Part shown: positions 61,861 to 64,000 of the stretch, one piece after another | Layout: every line of letters begins with the position of its first letter | Position numbering within the stretch: position 1 is the first letter of the stretch | DNA from: Spizellomyces punctatus DAOM BR117 | Taxonomy: Eukaryota | Assembly: GCA_000182565.2 (NCBI GenBank) | Contig: KQ257451.1 | Strand: one strand, 5' to 3' | Length of the DNA stretch: 64,000 nucleotides | Notes under the pieces: model-generated | Database searches by the model: none | Seen by the model: the letters and a program-made list of their open reading frames with translations, nothing else | What the model was told of the DNA's origin: nothing | Program-made: the position numbers and the translations under genes

Positions 61861-63123
61861 TCAGTTCTGTGAAAAAGGAAACAAGGAGACCTCTGCACAA
61901 ATCTCACACGGCCCATTGCCGTGCTGCTCAAAGGCATGCGTAACTTTCTCATGCATACGCAATAATCTGCCCCACAATTCTTCTTCCGCTGGCCAGTCTC
62001 CCTGTCCACAAGTCAAAAAACGTGCGGGATCGCCAAGCGCCTTCCATTGTGCAATGGTGGTATTCTTTACCATTTGAGCACCCTCCTCACCGGCTGACCC
62101 AGAGCCCCAAGGGTTATCCATCGAAAATGAATCTAGTCGCTCCCAATTCCTTACAGCGTCGATGGCATCTGCCATGAGGTATCGTAGGAACGTATATACA
62201 TTGACAACGGGACCAAGGAGGTTTTCATTGAGTACGAAGTCGAGGAAAGGGCGATACAAAAGAGATTGGTGCAGAAACACAGCATTAATAGCGTTGTAGC
62301 TCCGTAAATGATCGCTCAAGACAGTGGGTGACATTGATATAAAGCCTGGAATATCAGAGACTACCGAGTTAAAGATCGATGATCTCTCTGACGGTTTGGA
62401 TGTAGGGTACTTGATATAGTTGTATAGAGAGAATGTGCACCAAAAAGTGTGGGGACAGAATACTTGATGTTCAATGCCTTCGTCGGTTGGTTTCAGGTAG
62501 AGAATGTACTCGGCAAATAATGGGTCGGTGGATGCTTCACTGGCCCGGTACCCATGGACGAAGAAGTCGGACCGAGAAAACTTGAACGATAGTCTAACGT
62601 CACTTTTATGGTATCCATCTCTACCACCCAGGGACCTGACTGTTATTTGGTCTAATCCCTCCAACGTCCTTGCTCTGCAAACGATCTGTGGTTCCAATGG
62701 CCGGAATTTGCATATGACCCGCCCGTCTGCGTTCTCAGCCGCATCCACACAAGTCATCCTGACTAACTGGTCGCCAAAAGAGAGTTCTATGCTCCCTCTG
62801 TATGGCGTAGCCTGCTGCCATGTCCGGCAAACCGCTGATAACCGACGGGTTTCGCGGGGTGGGAGGAAGGAGAAGATTGAAGAGAGGATAATGTGGTTAT
62901 GGAAAGCGATCTGGGCAGATCGCGCCGAGGCACCTACTAGCGGCTGATTCGGAAACTGTGGGCGCTTTGGAGAAGTAAAGTACGTTAGCAAACCTAGGAT
63001 GAGAGACGCCATAGTGAAAACCCTTGTCTCGAGCATCCAGGATTCTGGTAAATTTTTGGGTAGCATCTGATGACGTAGGTACCGCGGCCGTGCTCCGCGC
63101 TTCCTCCTCCAAACGCATTGCAT
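61861..63123 (-). CDS. F-box-like domain protein (true start may be a short upstream exon near 63291)
   Basis: 420-codon ORF; IILSSIFSFLPPRETRRLSAVCRTWQQA resembles an F-box. Confidence 0.65.
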   Translation of the reverse strand: MQCVWRRKRGARPRYLRHQMLPKNLPESWMLETRVFTMASLILGLLTYFTSPKRPQFPNQPLVGASARSAQIAFHNHIILSSIFSFLPPRETRRLSAVCRTWQQATPYRGSIELSFGDQLVRMTCVDAAENADGRVICKFRPLEPQIVCRARTLEGLDQITVRSLGGRDGYHKSDVRLSFKFSRSDFFVHGYRASEASTDPLFAEYILYLKPTDEGIEHQVFCPHTFWCTFSLYNYIKYPTSKPSERSSIFNSVVSDIPGFISMSPTVLSDHLRSYNAINAVFLHQSLLYRPFLDFVLNENLLGPVVNVYTFLRYLMADAIDAVRNWERLDSFSMDNPWGSGSAGEEGAQMVKNTTIAQWKALGDPARFLTCGQGDWPAEEELWGRLLRMHEKVTHAFEQHGNGPCEICAEVSLFPFSQN

Positions 63124-63521
63124 TCCTTGTTGACTTCGATGACTTGGTTACTAATGAAGGTAAGTCAACACTTGTCAGGAGGACCGCTGCATTGGTTTAG
63201 ATAGCCGGCTCTTACAGTAGCGGTGTATGTTTCTCGTATGAGGACGACACTCGAAAGATGCTGGATTGCTTCGCGTTAGAGATCGTTCCATGTTCCTCGG
63301 CCCGCTGATATGTTCCTTAAAAAGCAAAGAGTTCTAATAATTGCTTTTAAGATGTGCTTGTAGAAGCAGTCCTAAGAGACAACGCCAACAGACGTGGTCG
63401 TGATTTTGGCAATACAGAACTGAGCCGAGTTAAACGAATCGCAAAATCGTTATATTTGCCGGGCGTCCCGGTCCAATACCTCGCACCATATAGCCTCGTC
63501 ATCCAAGTTTGGCTTGCAATA

Positions 63522-63944
63522 ATGCCATCAATACTCTCGCGCCTTAAAACACTTTTACCAGGGCCAAATAAGCCGCCTCCACCTCTTATACCAAAATACA
63601 AACGACCTCGTCCGAAAACCATACATCCGTCCGACTTTGGAGGACTCAATAAGCCTTTGACAGAAACTGAGGATATTGTTGTTCCAAGATTGCCAACCGA
63701 GCAGGTCAAACCAGTTCAAGAGTATCCCCAACTTCGATACAAGCCGAGCCAGTGGGCGCATGTTCGAGAGCGAGGACGACGAAAAATGGCTTTTGTTTTG
63801 GACAAGTTTACTAGTGAGAAAGGAGCTATGGTGCTGTTGGGAATCACAGCCGGTGGGGTTTGGGGATTGGGCATATATGAGGCCCTGTTGAATGTGAAGA
63901 GTGGAGTACCGGTTGGAGAGGTGTGGAGGTTCGTTGTACGGTAG
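63522..63944 (+). CDS. Small basic hypothetical protein with a C-terminal TM segment, possibly mitochondrial
   Basis: ATG ORF MPSILSRLKTLL... with hydrophobic AMVLLGITAGGVWGLGIYEALL; transcribed divergently from the F-box gene. Confidence 0.6.
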   Translation: MPSILSRLKTLLPGPNKPPPPLIPKYKRPRPKTIHPSDFGGLNKPLTETEDIVVPRLPTEQVKPVQEYPQLRYKPSQWAHVRERGRRKMAFVLDKFTSEKGAMVLLGITAGGVWGLGIYEALLNVKSGVPVGEVWRFVVR

Positions 63945-64000
63945 GTGGGTGTTTTAGTTGATGAACTTCAGTTCAAATATCTGCCGCGTGCCACACTAAG

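Noticed and set aside
1-64000. CRISPR array or transposon associated with the Cas4-like nuclease
   Set aside because: No spaced direct repeats, terminal repeats, transposase or reverse transcriptase motifs are seen; the context is ordinary intron-containing eukaryotic genes.

Overview
Gene-dense eukaryotic DNA with many short (about 50-90 nt) GT-AG introns. It is most consistent with an early-diverging fungus, probably a chytrid; this is inferred from gene content such as RAB3GAP1, a half-size ABCA and an RFX X-box. I can support about 26 protein-coding genes and one intronless tRNA-Phe(GAA). Housekeeping genes are RPC2, a mitochondrial carrier, an acid phosphatase, RAB3GAP1, an M28 peptidase, TIM13, ATG15, an ADH6-like dehydrogenase, PMA1 and an ABC1 kinase. 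No transposon, rRNA or CRISPR array is evident. The most interesting items are: (1) a ~1,400-aa Cas4/RecB-like Fe-S nuclease + RNase H-like + SAP + SF1 helicase whose Walker A core sits on a 17-nt micro-exon; (2) a PARP6/8/16-type mono-ADP-ribosyltransferase hidden in micro-exons; (3) a stand-alone Cdc25-type SH3 micro-protein; (4) a 75-aa Cys-rich membrane protein that recalls a plant small-protein family; (5) a His-brace X325/Bim1-like copper protein; (6) an Aha1/SRPBCC-glyoxalase fusion; (7) an X-box beside a hidden spliced antisense unit. Exon boundaries were read by eye and family calls come from motif recognition, not database searches.
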